From: Candidatus Saccharimonadia bacterium
Lineage (GTDB): Bacteria > Patescibacteriota > Saccharimonadia > UBA4664 > JBBRNT01
Direction: 5' to 3'
Assembly: GCA_038230095.1 (NCBI GenBank)
Contig: JBBRNT010000005.1
Coordinates: 18,619 to 82,618 of the forward strand
DNA length: 64,000 nucleotides
A program made the translations under genes and the position numbers. Each line of letters opens with the position of its first letter. The stretch's first letter is position 1. A model generated the notes under the pieces. It worked only from the letters and a program-made list of their open reading frames with translations, was not told the origin of the DNA and did not search any database. This document shows, in pieces, positions 37,930 through 46,884 of this stretch.

Positions 37930-38394
37930 CTAGAGCAGAAAGTCCCAACTGCGGGTGGTGTAGGGGTCCATAATGCGGAGGTGGGTGTGGTAGCCGCTCA
38001 TGCGTACTACCTGGTCCATTAGCTCGTCCACGTGGCCGGCTACGCGCTCGCTATCGAGGAACTGCGCGGAGGCCAAACTGACATGCACGGTCACCAGGAT
38101 GGTAATGTCGGCCTCTAGACCGGCAGGCTCACCACCCGGCAGAGCGACCCGGACGGACTTGATGCGGGTGCCATCTATGAAGGCCGTACCAAGCCAGGCG
38201 TGGACAAGGTACATTATGCTGACGGCCGGAATGTCCGGAGCACGGTCGTGCAGTCCTGAAGCAATTATCATTTCCATACCCAGTAGTGCGCCGGGCTCAA
38301 TGCGTTGCTGTTCGGGGGTATTTGCCACAGTGGACTCATTTCTAGAAAGGTGCGGATCGAAACCTATTCTGACCACTACTGGGCTGTGTGTCAA
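37930..38394 (-). CDS. hypothetical protein
   Basis: 154 aa; no recognised motif; possibly starts at the internal MEMIIASGL. Confidence 0.45.
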   Translation of the reverse strand: MTHSPVVVRIGFDPHLSRNESTVANTPEQQRIEPGALLGMEMIIASGLHDRAPDIPAVSIMYLVHAWLGTAFIDGTRIKSVRVALPGGEPAGLEADITILVTVHVSLASAQFLDSERVAGHVDELMDQVVRMSGYHTHLRIMDPYTTRSWDFLL

Positions 38395-38485
38395 TATTTA
38401 CCGGGTAGAGTACAAGTCCCACTCCCCTACTATGATCTGGCTTATGCGGCAAGGCAGGACTACCCGCTGAGTATATCTGGCCACG

Positions 38486-38512
38486 AAAAAACCGCCCGAC
38501 GGCGGTTTTTTC
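38486..38512. terminator. bidirectional intrinsic terminator downstream of rpsJ
   Basis: aaaaaaccgcccgacggcggtttttt. Confidence 0.6.
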
Positions 38513-38542
38513 GCTATATACTCCGTATTCCAGAGCAGAGTG

Positions 38543-38878
38543 TTACATTTTAATTTCAATATCCACGCCTGCTGGGAGGTTCAGGTTCATGAGGGCGTCG
38601 ATGGTCTTGGGGGTGGGCTCGGTAATGTCGATCAGGCGCTTGTGAGTGCGCATTTCGAACTGCTCACGGGCGTCCTTGTGGACGAAGGTGGACTTCAGTA
38701 CGGTGTAGCCATTACGCTCAGTGGGCAGTGGGATCGGGCCGGCTACCTTGGCACCGGTACGGATAGCAGTGTCTAGAATCTGCTTGGCCGACTGGTCTAT
38801 GACCTTGTTGTCGTACGCCTTGAGGCGGATACGGATGCGTTGTTTCTGATCGGTCTTGGGCTCGACTTTGTCGGCCAT
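38543..38878 (-). CDS. rpsJ: 30S ribosomal protein S10
   Basis: ...[28 protein letters not shown]... Confidence 0.93.
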   Translation of the reverse strand: MADKVEPKTDQKQRIRIRLKAYDNKVIDQSAKQILDTAIRTGAKVAGPIPLPTERNGYTVLKSTFVHKDAREQFEMRTHKRLIDITEPTPKTIDALMNLNLPAGVDIEIKM

Positions 38879-38961
38879 GGGGTATCTCCTAAGCGAAAGT
38901 CTGCAGAGGGTTACTCGGCAACTAACGTGTGCTTTGACTTAGTTTATTGTTAATGAGAGTT

Positions 38962-38990
38962 AGTATAACGTAATTTGAGTGATAGATCAA
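38962..38990 (-). promoter_or_regulatory. candidate sigma70-like promoter upstream of rpsJ (TTGATC-N17-TATACT)
   Basis: Minus strand ttgatctatcactcaaattacgttatact, ~80 nt upstream of the rpsJ ATG. Confidence 0.45.
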
Positions 38991-39108
38991 GACGGTGACG
39001 GACGAGTGGGATTCTAGTTGGCGCAGGCATCAAATAGAGCAGTCCAGGTATCGGTGAGGTCGTAGCCCTCACCGAGGGGCGATTCCAGTCGACCAGACGT
39101 AGGCAATC

Positions 39109-39130
39109 AAAAAAGACCCTTGCGGGTCTT
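39109..39130 (-). terminator. intrinsic terminator downstream of tuf
   Basis: Minus strand agacccgcaagggtct followed by tttttt. Confidence 0.6.
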
Positions 39131-39152
39131 CTCTGATATCCGGTAGCTGAAA

Positions 39153-40337
39153 CTACTTGAGAATCTTGGTTACAACGCCGGCGCCGACGGTGCGTCCACC
39201 TTCGCGGATAGCGAAGCGGAGGCCTTCTTCCATAGCGATTGGGGCAATGAGGGTAACCTTCATTTTGACATTGTCACCAGGCATAACCATCTCCATACCA
39301 TCTGGTAGAACGATCTCGCCGGTTACATCCGTTGTACGGATGTAGAACTGAGGCTTGTAGCCCTTGAAGAATGGAGTGTGACGGCCGCCTTCGTCCTTTT
39401 TCAGAACGTAGACTTCAGAGTCAAACTCGGTGTGAGGAGTGATAGAGCCGGGCTTAGCCAGGACCTGACCACGCTCAATGTCGGTGCGCTCAATACCGCG
39501 GAGCAAGGCGCCGACGTTGTCGCCAGCCTGTGCATCGGGAAGGAGCTTCTTGAACATTTCTACACCAGTAACGACAGTCTTCTTGGTAGGGTGAATGCCG
39601 ACGATTTCAACTTCGTCATTGACCTTGACGATACCTTGCTCAATACGACCGGTAGCAACGGTACCACGGCCCTTAATGGAGAAGACGTCTTCGATTGGCA
39701 TAAGGAAAGGCTTGTCGGTCTCGCGCTTAGGCTGTGGGAAGAAGTCGTCCATAGCCTTAACCAGCTCCATGATGGACTCTTCGGCAGCAGCGTCGCCTTC
39801 GAGAGCCTTGAGGGCTGAGCCCTTAATGATAGGGGCATTCTCGTCGTAGCCCTGCTTACCAAGTAGTTCGCGGACTTCGAGCTCTACGAGCTCGGCCAGC
39901 TCTGGATCGGCCATATCCATCTTGTTCATGAAGACCAGGATGGAAGGGACACCCACATTGCGGGCGAGCAGGATGTGCTCACGAGTCTGAGGCATAGGGC
40001 CGTCAGCAGCGGACACAACTAGGATGGCGCCGTCGACTTGGGCAGCACCAGTGATCATGTTCTTGACGTAGTCAGCATGACCAGGCATGTCGACGTGGGC
40101 ATAGTGACGATTCTCACTCTCGTACTCCTGGTGAGAAGTAGCGATGGTAATACCGCGCTCGCGCTCTTCTGGAGCGTTGTCGATCTGATCGTAGTTGATC
40201 GGCTTATTAATATCTGAGGGAAGCTTCTTGGCCAAAACGTGAGTAATGGCGGCGGTCAGGGTAGTCTTGCCGTGGTCGACATGACCCATGGTGCCGACGT
40301 TCATGTGCGGCTTATTGCGATTGAATGTATCTGCCAT
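39153..40337 (-). CDS. tuf: elongation factor Tu
   Basis: [14 protein letters not shown]-equivalent [12 protein letters not shown] and SALKA motifs; 394 aa. Confidence 0.95.
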   Translation of the reverse strand: MADTFNRNKPHMNVGTMGHVDHGKTTLTAAITHVLAKKLPSDINKPINYDQIDNAPEERERGITIATSHQEYESENRHYAHVDMPGHADYVKNMITGAAQVDGAILVVSAADGPMPQTREHILLARNVGVPSILVFMNKMDMADPELAELVELEVRELLGKQGYDENAPIIKGSALKALEGDAAAEESIMELVKAMDDFFPQPKRETDKPFLMPIEDVFSIKGRGTVATGRIEQGIVKVNDEVEIVGIHPTKKTVVTGVEMFKKLLPDAQAGDNVGALLRGIERTDIERGQVLAKPGSITPHTEFDSEVYVLKKDEGGRHTPFFKGYKPQFYIRTTDVTGEIVLPDGMEMVMPGDNVKMKVTLIAPIAMEEGLRFAIREGGRTVGAGVVTKILK

Positions 40338-40600
40338 GCAGTCTCCTTACATCTGTTACTTGACTCGAGACGAGTAATCCTTGCGACCCCCGTTCTTGCG
40401 GTTGCAAGACTGTCGAAGGGTCAATCATCTGGATTCAAGCATTAAATAGTGCTATTGCCTTCTGGGCACTTAAAAAAACGCCCGGGTTGGACTTAGCCAT
40501 TATAGGGACAACTAGGGGGCTTTGTAAAGGGGTAATACCAGGTAAATGAAAGACGGCCTAGAGAGGTTCTAGGCCGCCGGGTGCGGAGCAGTAGCTGGCA

Positions 40601-40960
40601 CTAGCCTCCCCTGGTGCGCTGACGCTGGAGCGGCGGCAGGAGCGGCTTGCCCGATCGTTTGTTTGAGAGTGCCAGTTCTGATAGCTCAGAAAGTGCTGCT
40701 GCTGAGAGACTACGAAACTCATCGGCGTGACGACGGCGCAACTCGGATATGGCTCGGGCGTTTGCTAAGCGGCGGATTTGGTCGCGCTCATGCGTCGATA
40801 GAAGCGCCGTGGCGGCGCGGTATACAACCAGACAGGAAACGCAAGACACGGCTGATGGGAGCGTTGTGGCGTCTACGTTCGCTACGCGTCGTCCGCACGC
40901 GGCACGGAGCGTGGACGTATTCACATCCCCTGCTGATAAGGCGGCTAGGTGTGTGGTCAT
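40601..40960 (-). CDS. hypothetical small protein; coding status uncertain
   Basis: 119 aa. The C-terminal half looks helical and protein-like (RDQIRRLANARAISELRRRHADEFRSL). It lies in a GC-rich 1.5-kb spacer between fusA and tuf. Confidence 0.3.
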   Translation of the reverse strand: MTTHLAALSAGDVNTSTLRAACGRRVANVDATTLPSAVSCVSCLVVYRAATALLSTHERDQIRRLANARAISELRRRHADEFRSLSAAALSELSELALSNKRSGKPLLPPLQRQRTRGG

Positions 40961-41128
40961 GGTAGGCTTACACCCCCGCGGAATGCAGCTTCTTGCGCAC
41001 GGCTACAGCAACGCGCTTGCAATTGCCACAGCTAGCTGCGGACGGATTCTCCACCAGCCGTATGCGGATAGCATGGGTACCACAGAGGGTCTGTCGGCCT
41101 GTCTGGGCAGACTTGCGAGCGTGAGTGA

Positions 41129-41326
41129 TCACCCTGGCCGCCTTTGTTCAGCCGTAACGGCGGGCTCGCGCAAGACTGACTCCAGCCGAGCTACTTCATG
41201 GCGCTGTACCGCGGCACTTACGACCGCCACCATCACTAGGATGAGCAGTATGCCAATGCCCATGAGTGTGAGCCAAAGCGTGTACTGGTGCCAGTGCTGG
41301 TTGAAAGAGTAGGTGTACTGGTCCAT
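41129..41326 (-). CDS. hypothetical small single-TM protein; coding status uncertain
   Basis: 65 aa with one hydrophobic helix followed by a charged tail. Confidence 0.3.
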   Translation of the reverse strand: MDQYTYSFNQHWHQYTLWLTLMGIGILLILVMVAVVSAAVQRHEVARLESVLREPAVTAEQRRPG

Positions 41327-41530
41327 TGCGACCCCTAGCGCTCGAAATTGGTTGTCAAAGACAGACGCTGTTGTCCGCCACCGATCTCTCGATTGGTGGG
41401 CATATTGTACAACTAATTGGGGTATTTATCACTAGCCTGGTAGCCGCAGCAGAGCACGATAAAGCGGCTCGGGGAAATCCGAGCCGCTAGCGAGTGTGGG
41501 CTGGGTCAGACGGCCAGCTGTGGTGTGGGA

Positions 41531-41743
41531 TTAGGGACGGTTGCTTGGCTGGCTGCGGCTTTCGGCCTCGATCTCTTCATAGAGCCGAGCTAGCTCTAGC
41601 TTCTGGCGCAGCAGGACTACGACCTGCAAGGCTAGGACCAGCACCAGCACGGCTGCATAGCAGATGACCGCCCGAACCATAAACCAGCGTATTTGCCGGC
41701 CGAACTCATACCAGACTGCATAATCGCCCATCATTGCCCCCAT
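41531..41743 (-). CDS. hypothetical small single-TM protein; coding status uncertain
   Basis: 70 aa with one TM helix followed by a charged coiled segment (LRQKLELARLYEEIEAES). Confidence 0.3.
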   Translation of the reverse strand: MGAMMGDYAVWYEFGRQIRWFMVRAVICYAAVLVLVLALQVVVLLRQKLELARLYEEIEAESRSQPSNRP

Positions 41744-41798
41744 TTCGAATAGAACACCAGGACTTCTGGTGCGGCATACTGTACCACATTTGGGGTAA

Positions 41799-41826
41799 CA
41801 AAAAAACGCCCGAAGGCGTTTTTTTG
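41799..41826. terminator. bidirectional intrinsic terminator downstream of fusA
   Basis: aaaaaaacgcccgaaggcgttttttt. Confidence 0.65.
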
Positions 41827-41838
41827 GACACGGTCTGG

Positions 41839-43923
41839 CTAGTTCTTGGCAGCTGCGCGCTTGCCAATGATCTCTTCGGCTACATTACGAGGAACTTCCT
41901 CATAGTGGTCAAACTCCATAGAGTTGGCAGCTCGGCCCTGGGTCATGGAACGCAGTGTGGTGGTGTAGCCAAACATTTCACCGAGTGGGACAAAGGCGCG
42001 GACAATCTTGATGCCCATGCGGTCATCCATGGCCTCAATACGGCCACGCTTACTATTCAGGTCTCCGATGACGTCACCCATGAACTCTTCAGGAACGGTG
42101 ACTTCGACCTTCATGATTGGCTCGAGGATGATAGGATCGGCCTTGCGGGCACCTTCCTGGAAGGCCATGGAGCCGGCAATCTTGAAGGCCATTTCGTTGG
42201 AGTCCACTTCGTGGAAGCTACCATCATAGAGCTTGACGGCCACGTCTACAACTGGGTAGCCGGCTAGCACGCCATTGTTTAGTGCTTCTTTCACGCCGTT
42301 CTCTGTCGGAGTAATGAACTCGCGAGGGACGGCACCACCGACAATAGCGTTCTCAAAGACGAAGCCGGCACCCGGCTCCTGGGGGGTCAGCTCCAGCCAG
42401 ACGTGACCATACTGACCACGACCACCGGACTGGCGGACAAACTTGCCCTCGGCCTTAACGCTCTTTTTGATAGTCTCGCGGTAGGCTACCTGAGGCTTAC
42501 CAACATTGGCCTCTACCTTGAACTCGCGACGCATACGGTCGACGATAATGTCCAGGTGCAGCTCACCCATACCATCAATGAGGGTCTGGGCGGTTTCTTC
42601 GTCAGTATGAACACGGAAAGTAGGGTCTTCTTCAGCAAGGCGCTGCAGAGCAATACCCATCTTCTCTTGGTCGGCCTTGGTCTTGGGCTCGATAGCGATG
42701 GAGATAACTGGCTCAGGGAAGGTAATAGCTTCCAAGATGATTGGCTTGTCGACGTCGCACAGGGTATTGCCCGTGGTTGTGCCCTTTAGACCGACGGCAG
42801 AGGCAATCTCACCGGCGAAGACTTCGCTTACTTCTTCGCGAGTGTTGGCGTGCATACGCAGGATGCGGCCGATGCGCTCTCTCTCACCCGTGGATGAGTT
42901 GAGCACGTAGGAGCCAGACTTGAGTGAGCCGGAGTAAACGCGGAAGAAGGCTAGTTTACCCACGAATGGGTCGGTAGCAATCTTGAAGGCTAGGGCAGAA
43001 AACGGCTCGGAGTCGTCAGCGTGACGGGCGTCTTCCTCACCAGTCTTCGGATTGGTGCCAATAACGGCCTCAATGTCTAGCGGGCTGGGGAGGTAGGCGT
43101 TGACGGCGTCTAATAGCTGCTGCACACCCTTGTTCTTTAGGGCGGAACCGGACAGCACGGGGAAGAGCTGGCCCTTCAAGACAGCGTGGCGCAGGGCCTT
43201 GTTGATCTCAGCAACGGAGATCTCCTCACCCATCAGGAACTTCTCAGTCAAGGCCTCATCCGTCTCGGCGACGCGCTCAATCATGGTGTTGCGGAACTCA
43301 GCGGCCTTAGCCTTCATGTCTTCCGGAATTTCGACGACGTCGAAGACCTTGCCCAGGTCGTCGCGGAAGAGGATGGCTTCCATCTTAATAAGATCGATAA
43401 TGCCTGCAAACTGGTCTTCGGCACCGATAGGTAGCTGAATAGCGACGGCGTTCTTGTTGAGTCGGTCCCAGATGGACTGCATGTCCTTGTAGAAGTCGGC
43501 ACCAGTACGGTCCATCTTATTAATAAAGCAGATACGAGGCACGCCATACTTGTCGGCCTGGCGCCAAACAGTCTCAGACTGAGGCTCCACACCAGCAACA
43601 CCGTCGAAGACCGTCACACCGCCGTCGAGCACGCGGAGCGAGCGCTCTACCTCAACAGTAAAGTCCACATGGCCTGGGGTATCGATAATGTTGATACGGT
43701 GGCCGTCCCAGAAGCAGGTGGTAGCAGCAGAGGTAATGGTAATACCACGCTCCTGCTCCTGTTCCATCCAGTCCATGGTAGCGGCGCCTTCGTGCACTTC
43801 ACCAATCTTGTGAGTCTTACCGGTGTAGAACAAAACGCGCTCAGTAACGGTGGTCTTACCAGCGTCAATGTGGGCAATAATACCAATATTTCGAGTGTTT
43901 TCGAGCGAGTATTCGCGAGCCAT
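41839..43923 (-). CDS. fusA: elongation factor G
   Basis: [22 protein letters not shown] and NKMD motifs. Start set at [12 protein letters not shown] (ATG at 43923, AAAGGA RBS); the track ORF extends to 43986. Confidence 0.94.
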   Translation of the reverse strand: MAREYSLENTRNIGIIAHIDAGKTTVTERVLFYTGKTHKIGEVHEGAATMDWMEQEQERGITITSAATTCFWDGHRINIIDTPGHVDFTVEVERSLRVLDGGVTVFDGVAGVEPQSETVWRQADKYGVPRICFINKMDRTGADFYKDMQSIWDRLNKNAVAIQLPIGAEDQFAGIIDLIKMEAILFRDDLGKVFDVVEIPEDMKAKAAEFRNTMIERVAETDEALTEKFLMGEEISVAEINKALRHAVLKGQLFPVLSGSALKNKGVQQLLDAVNAYLPSPLDIEAVIGTNPKTGEEDARHADDSEPFSALAFKIATDPFVGKLAFFRVYSGSLKSGSYVLNSSTGERERIGRILRMHANTREEVSEVFAGEIASAVGLKGTTTGNTLCDVDKPIILEAITFPEPVISIAIEPKTKADQEKMGIALQRLAEEDPTFRVHTDEETAQTLIDGMGELHLDIIVDRMRREFKVEANVGKPQVAYRETIKKSVKAEGKFVRQSGGRGQYGHVWLELTPQEPGAGFVFENAIVGGAVPREFITPTENGVKEALNNGVLAGYPVVDVAVKLYDGSFHEVDSNEMAFKIAGSMAFQEGARKADPIILEPIMKVEVTVPEEFMGDVIGDLNSKRGRIEAMDDRMGIKIVRAFVPLGEMFGYTTTLRSMTQGRAANSMEFDHYEEVPRNVAEEIIGKRAAAKN

Positions 43924-44103
43924 GGTGTCCTTTATGGTGGTTAATGACGGATTGTCGGCGCTAACAAGAAAAAAGCGCCGAAGCACTTGGCTTATGATAG
44001 CCGAAAACTACGTGTCAATCAAGTAAATTATAGCAGGCCTGGCTAAAGCCACGTGGTTGTCGTATAAGTAGGTGGATCGAACCCGATAGCACCTGGAGTC
44101 ACT

Positions 44104-44592
44104 GTGAATCTGTATGCAATGCTTGACCAGCAGCTCGTAAAGCTATGGCGCGGTGTCCTCCGCGTACTGTGCGGCCTGACGGGCCGTAGCAATTTCTGCT
44201 TTGCCCGACTCATCATCATAGCCGGTGCCTACTGGAGTGTTCGCTGGGCCGCCTGGCGCCTGACGGACTGGGTAGCGGTGACCGGCTTCGGCGCGATTAG
44301 TGTGGTAATCGTATGGCTGACCATACTGCTGCAAAGGGACGGAACCGAAGTGCGGGTTGGTGTACAGCGACTGCTTATGGCCTTCCGGAGTTCGCTAAAC
44401 ATTACAATCGCCATTGTCGGCTTCCAGTCCATTTTCAACCCCGCGATCCGCAGAATGGTGCTTATCATGGCGCTACTTGACGTGCTGGCCTACTTCGTGT
44501 CCATCCCGACTCCACCCCAGTCAAGCTGGTTCACACGGGTCGGTCGGGCAGCGCGCAACCAGGTTTCCATGAGCCCTCACTCGCGACGCTAG
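44104..44592 (+). CDS. hypothetical 4-TM membrane protein (paralog pair, member 1)
   Basis: 162 aa; similar architecture to the 44677..45219 product. Confidence 0.5.
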   Translation: MNLYAMLDQQLVKLWRGVLRVLCGLTGRSNFCFARLIIIAGAYWSVRWAAWRLTDWVAVTGFGAISVVIVWLTILLQRDGTEVRVGVQRLLMAFRSSLNITIAIVGFQSIFNPAIRRMVLIMALLDVLAYFVSIPTPPQSSWFTRVGRAARNQVSMSPHSRR

Positions 44593-44596
44593 ACCC

Positions 44597-44636
44597 CGCC
44601 CCAATCTGCACGGATTGGGGCGGTAACTTTTCTAGG
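44597..44636 (+). terminator. intrinsic terminator (ccgccccaatc-tgcacg-gattggggcgg, then a T-rich tail)
   Basis: Perfect 11-bp stem immediately after the stop; homologous to the terminator at 45223. Confidence 0.55.
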
Positions 44637-44676
44637 TGGGATAATTGTGGTATAAAAGTGTTCTATTGGCCCACTC

Positions 44677-45219
44677 TTGATAGGACAGGTCATGCTCCAT
44701 ATCGACAACCTACTGGTTAGGTTCTACGCCTACCCCCTCCGCTGGCTGAAGCGGCGCTACAAGCGTGATAACTTCTGGGCGGCGAAGTACTGTCTGATCA
44801 CAGCGGCCATTGCTATCCAGCCGGTTGTACTCATGTTCCACGACCACATCATTCGTGTGCTCGCGGCAGGCTTCACTATGTGTATGGGCCTATTCTACCT
44901 ACTCATCTGGACCTTCGTCCGTGAACTGCGCTCTAAGATGCCCGAATTCCATACGGGTGGTGTCCCCCAGGTATATGGCCGGCTAGTAGCTGCTCGCCTG
45001 AGTACGCTGGCCACGCTGCCGGTGCTTCTGACTTACGAGCTGCTCACAAAACTCAACGGCTTTGTGGTCGCGAGCTACCTGCTGGTAATATCGGCACTCT
45101 ATGCCGCCACAATTGTGAACCTGAACCCGCCCAAATGGGTGGGCCAGACCGGTCGCTCTGCATATGAAGCACTCCGCCGACTTGTCCGCCCAGCCCGTAC
45201 GATTGGCAACGCCCACTAA
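44677..45219 (+). CDS. hypothetical 4-TM membrane protein (paralog pair, member 2)
   Basis: 180 aa. Confidence 0.5.
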   Translation: MIGQVMLHIDNLLVRFYAYPLRWLKRRYKRDNFWAAKYCLITAAIAIQPVVLMFHDHIIRVLAAGFTMCMGLFYLLIWTFVRELRSKMPEFHTGGVPQVYGRLVAARLSTLATLPVLLTYELLTKLNGFVVASYLLVISALYAATIVNLNPPKWVGQTGRSAYEALRRLVRPARTIGNAH

Positions 45220-45222
45220 GTA

Positions 45223-45258
45223 CCCGCCCCTATCCTCTGGATTGGGGCGGTTTTATTT
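45223..45258 (+). terminator. intrinsic terminator (cccgcccc...ggattggggcgg-ttttatttg)
   Basis: Shares the gattggggcgg arm with the terminator at 44597. Confidence 0.55.
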
Positions 45259-45279
45259 GCAATGAAAAGGGGACCCGGA

Positions 45280-46248
45280 TTAGTCCAGGTCCCAACTGAG
45301 TTGGACGGTGTCTTGGCTTGTGGTGGTCTTCCAGAGCGGGGGCCTAGCGCGGTCCAGTACACGGAACTGGGCCTGGCGGAGGGCTAGAATGGCGGAATCG
45401 CTGCTATCTACGCCATGAGGCGTACGGGCAATGAGTCCACCCATGTGCCCGTTGGCCTGCCCGAGGGTAACGCTGCCAGATAATGCTCCATGGAGCTTAC
45501 CCCGCACTCGACGGCGGGCCGCTCGAGTCGGGCGCATAGTAGCCTCCCCAGTGGCAGCAATGTAGGTGATAGCTACGCCGCAGATGGTAACCGACTGCCT
45601 TGTAATGTCACTGTACTTGGTCTTCTTGTCGTTGCAGCGGAAGCCGGCCTCTTCAATAATGCGACGGATCCGGCGACGCTTGCGCTCGCCAATGGGGCTC
45701 GGCGAGGAGAAGGTAAGGTCATCGGCAAACCGAGTGTAGGCCATACCGCGGTAGTCCTGACCGGTCATGAGCAGCATTAGCCGCCTGTCTATGTGGTGGT
45801 CGCAGTAGTGATTGAACAGATCAGGCGAGGCTGGCGCGCCCGTAACCAAACCAACCTGCCCGCCGGGATAGCGCACCAAAGCATAGCGGAGCAGCCAGGC
45901 CGTTAGCCGGTCGCTATCAAGTCCGGGCTCGTAGCCTGCAAGCAACCGGGCTAGACGCCCAGCATCTACATTCTGGAAGGCATGAGCCAGGTCTAGCTGG
46001 TAGAAATAGCGGTGGTGCTGGTGCGGGAAGGCATTACTAATGCTACCTCGGCCCGGCACGGCGCCGTGGGCCTTGACCATGGGGTGGTTCTGGCTCCGTA
46101 GCCACGCGATGAGACGGCCATGTAGCTCGCTCATACTGGGGTTTGGTGGCCAGAAATTGCGACCACTCGCATCACGGTACATACCCAGCCAAGCAGGGTT
46201 GGCACCGGTCGGTAGCTCAAACGGGAAAGGATCCACCGGCACCTCCAT
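45280..46248 (-). CDS. reverse transcriptase, retron-type; RT domain only, with no maturase or endonuclease domains
   Basis: 322 aa with these motifs: GRGSISNAFPHQHH (NAxxH-like, RT1), YFYQLDLAHAFQNV (RT2), GLVTGAPASPDLFNHYCD (RT4, SP not SQ), YTRFADDLTF (YxDD, RT5), and a VT..G-like TRQSVTICGVAI in the thumb region. A GGAGA RBS precedes the ATG. Confidence 0.8.
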   Translation of the reverse strand: MEVPVDPFPFELPTGANPAWLGMYRDASGRNFWPPNPSMSELHGRLIAWLRSQNHPMVKAHGAVPGRGSISNAFPHQHHRYFYQLDLAHAFQNVDAGRLARLLAGYEPGLDSDRLTAWLLRYALVRYPGGQVGLVTGAPASPDLFNHYCDHHIDRRLMLLMTGQDYRGMAYTRFADDLTFSSPSPIGERKRRRIRRIIEEAGFRCNDKKTKYSDITRQSVTICGVAITYIAATGEATMRPTRAARRRVRGKLHGALSGSVTLGQANGHMGGLIARTPHGVDSSDSAILALRQAQFRVLDRARPPLWKTTTSQDTVQLSWDLD

Positions 46249-46884
46249 GGGTCTGGCCAGTCTCCCCCACTGTACAGATGGGCTCTAGATGGAGCAACCA
46301 TAAGGACAACGAGAAGGGCCCCGGCATATACCGGGGCCCGAGGGGAGGACTGGGGGAAGGAAGAAGGATTGATGATAGGTATGCGCCGAGAGATGCTACC
46401 CCGCGACCGAACCACCAGCTGGCTTGCCGATAGCCACCTATCACCCACCGCGTAGGGCACGTCTGCGGTGCTAAACCCCACTTCTTGGCCATACATAGAT
46501 GGTCCCCATCGCGACAGAGCAGACAACCCGTTCGAGACCCGATCGCCTTCAGGCCATCCCAGAGAGGACGACATGCAGCCTCCGTCAAAGCGTCAGCCAC
46601 GCACCGAGCTGAGCCCCGGCTGGGATGTTGCCACAGCTCGCGCAGTGGCAGGCTAACCGTGGGGGCACAACGGACGCATAGCGCCGCAGATACCGCCGCG
46701 GTAAACATGGCTCCAGGCCGCTGAGCCGAGGGCGTAGGCCCCGGGTTGCAAGCTCCACATTACTGCCATTCGCTGGCGCGTTTGGCTACTCCAGCAAGTA
46801 CTACTGGAGGGTAGTCGTGTCTGTGCCCCGACACAGCGGCCTCTAGAATGCCGATACCACCACTATACCGAGACTCCCAGATGG
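46249..46884 (-). ncRNA. candidate retron non-coding RNA (msr/msd) region upstream of the RT; boundaries not determined
   Basis: A 636-nt gap between two same-strand genes with no convincing ORF, only overlapping multi-frame GC-rich ORFs. Contains a perfect 9-bp hairpin gggccccgg-catata-ccggggccc (46316..46339) and further hairpins (caccgc..gcggtg at 46446..46470; gccac..gtggc near 46630..46655; ctgtg..cacag near 46815..46835). Confidence 0.3.

Noticed and set aside
40749-41312. A 187-aa + strand ORF between tuf and fusA
   Set aside because: Its Arg/Ser/Ala/Thr-rich composition is typical of an off-frame reading of GC-rich DNA. It overlaps a more protein-like minus-strand ORF. It has no recognisable motif or RBS.
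46131-46724. Several 60-160-aa ORFs (46131..46574 -, 46217..46708 -, 46143..46433 +, 46468..46656 +, 46485..46724 +) in the RT-upstream region
   Set aside because: They overlap one another in multiple frames on both strands. They have Arg/Pro/Gly-rich low-complexity translations and no RBS. This is consistent with GC-rich non-coding DNA, so the region is treated as a candidate ncRNA.
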